This document shows positions 63,339-64,000 of a DNA stretch of 64,000 nt, piece by piece. A program made the position numbers and the translations under genes. This stretch comes from Gaiellaceae bacterium (lineage in GTDB: Bacteria > Actinomycetota > Thermoleophilia > Gaiellales > Gaiellaceae), in the NCBI GenBank assembly GCA_036394855.1, contig DASWEF010000070.1:18189-82188 (forward strand), read 5' to 3'. Position 1 is the first letter of the stretch. The number at the start of each line of letters is the position of its first letter. Below the pieces are notes generated by a model. It did not search any database and had not been told where the DNA came from. It was given only the letters and a program-made list of their open reading frames with translations.

Positions 63339-64000
63339 GTGCGTAGGGGCTCGATCGTCCAGCTGATCGTGATCGGCGTGCTGGCCGGCGCGATCGCGTC
63401 CGCCGTTGCGCTGATCCCCGACTGGCTGCCGCAGCCGGCATCACGGGAGGCGGGCCGGATCGACTTCGTCTTCTGGTTCCTGACGGGGATCTGCATCTTC
63501 ATCTTCTCGATCGTCGCCGCCGTGAGCGTGATGGCCGTGTGGAAGTTCCGGGCGAAGCCGGACGACGATTCGGACGGGCCACCGATCCATGGGCACACCG
63601 GGCTCGAGATCGCCTGGACAGCAGTGCCTGCGCTGCTGGTGATCGCGATTGCGATCGTCAGCGCGATCGTCCTCGCCAAGGACGACGCTGCCGGTGCGAA
63701 TCCGCTGCGCGTCGACGTGACCGCCCAGCAGTTCTTCTGGAGCTACAGCTATCCAGGCTACGCGGACAAGAAGTCGGACATCCTGCGTCTGCCGGTCGAC
63801 CGCTCCGTCGTCCTGCGCATGACCTCGAAGGACGTGATCCACTCCTTCTGGGTGCCCGAGTTCAGGCAGAAGCAGGACGTCGTGCCCGGGATCCATCCCA
63901 CGGTGCACATCACCCCGAACCGGGTCGGAACGTATCCCGTGGTCTGCACCGAGCTCTGCGGCCTCGGGCACGCGCTGATGCGCTCGCGCGTCGTCGTGAT
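63339..64000 (+). CDS. second cytochrome c oxidase subunit II paralogue (3' end beyond the window)
   Basis: Own translation from GTG 63339: two TM helices, then HSFWVPEFRQK ... CTELCGLGHALM CuA site. Not in the ORF track because no stop lies inside the window. Confidence 0.85.
   Translation, partial: MRRGSIVQLIVIGVLAGAIASAVALIPDWLPQPASREAGRIDFVFWFLTGICIFIFSIVAAVSVMAVWKFRAKPDDDSDGPPIHGHTGLEIAWTAVPALLVIAIAIVSAIVLAKDDAAGANPLRVDVTAQQFFWSYSYPGYADKKSDILRLPVDRSVVLRMTSKDVIHSFWVPEFRQKQDVVPGIHPTVHITPNRVGTYPVVCTELCGLGHALMRSRVVV

Overview
Very high-G+C, actinobacterial-type chromosomal segment, densely coding with about 70 CDS and one tRNA. Family calls come from motif recognition in the supplied translations, not from database searches. 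Several start codons were moved from the ORF-track positions on the basis of Shine-Dalgarno tracts, gene overlaps and homologue N-termini.

Content from left to right:
- DevS/DevR-like GAF kinase plus NarL regulator with small cupin and cupredoxin-like genes.
- DUF1385 plus an ABC-2 exporter operon.
- A compact phosphate island: pit-DUF47, phoU-pstBAC, an inverted pstS with a PHO-box-like repeat array, and a sensor-less kinase head-to-head with an OmpR-type regulator.
- A TGA-interrupted rhodanese-CBS gene.
- A caa3-type cytochrome oxidase cluster (ctaC-ctaD-ctaB).
- A cluster of secreted proteins of unknown function with an MA-clan metalloprotease.
- An almost complete pentose-phosphate supercluster: opcA-zwf-gnd-pgi-tal-rpiB, divergent tkt, and an FGGY kinase.
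- An ABC-F ATPase, then linked PdtaS-like and PdtaR-like genes.
- glnA and rfbB.
- A Ser/Thr kinase next to SpoIID and an S8 protease.
- A UDP-sugar modification operon.
- tRNA-Lys(CUU), preceded by a duplicated 5' half.
- A TetR/cupin pair, a beta-propeller lipoprotein with an orphan hydrolase fragment, an MFS transporter, and a roughly 1000-aa multi-GAF/PAS kinase.
- The start of a second oxidase subunit II gene.

No rRNA, CRISPR array, transposase, integrase, phage gene, recognisable defence system or biosynthetic cluster was seen, and I do not see a convincing novel multi-gene system.

The most checkable oddities are:
1. The in-frame TGA at a Cys position of the rhodanese loop, which is either Sec recoding or a pseudogene.
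2. A roughly 50-nt dispersed element with a perfect 7-1-7 palindrome, present three times.
3. The tRNA-Lys promoter plus 5'-half duplication, with a structured 130-nt spacer.
4. The sensor-less kinase 11 nt head-to-head with its regulator.
5. A hairpin-saturated intercistronic spacer that buries a start codon.
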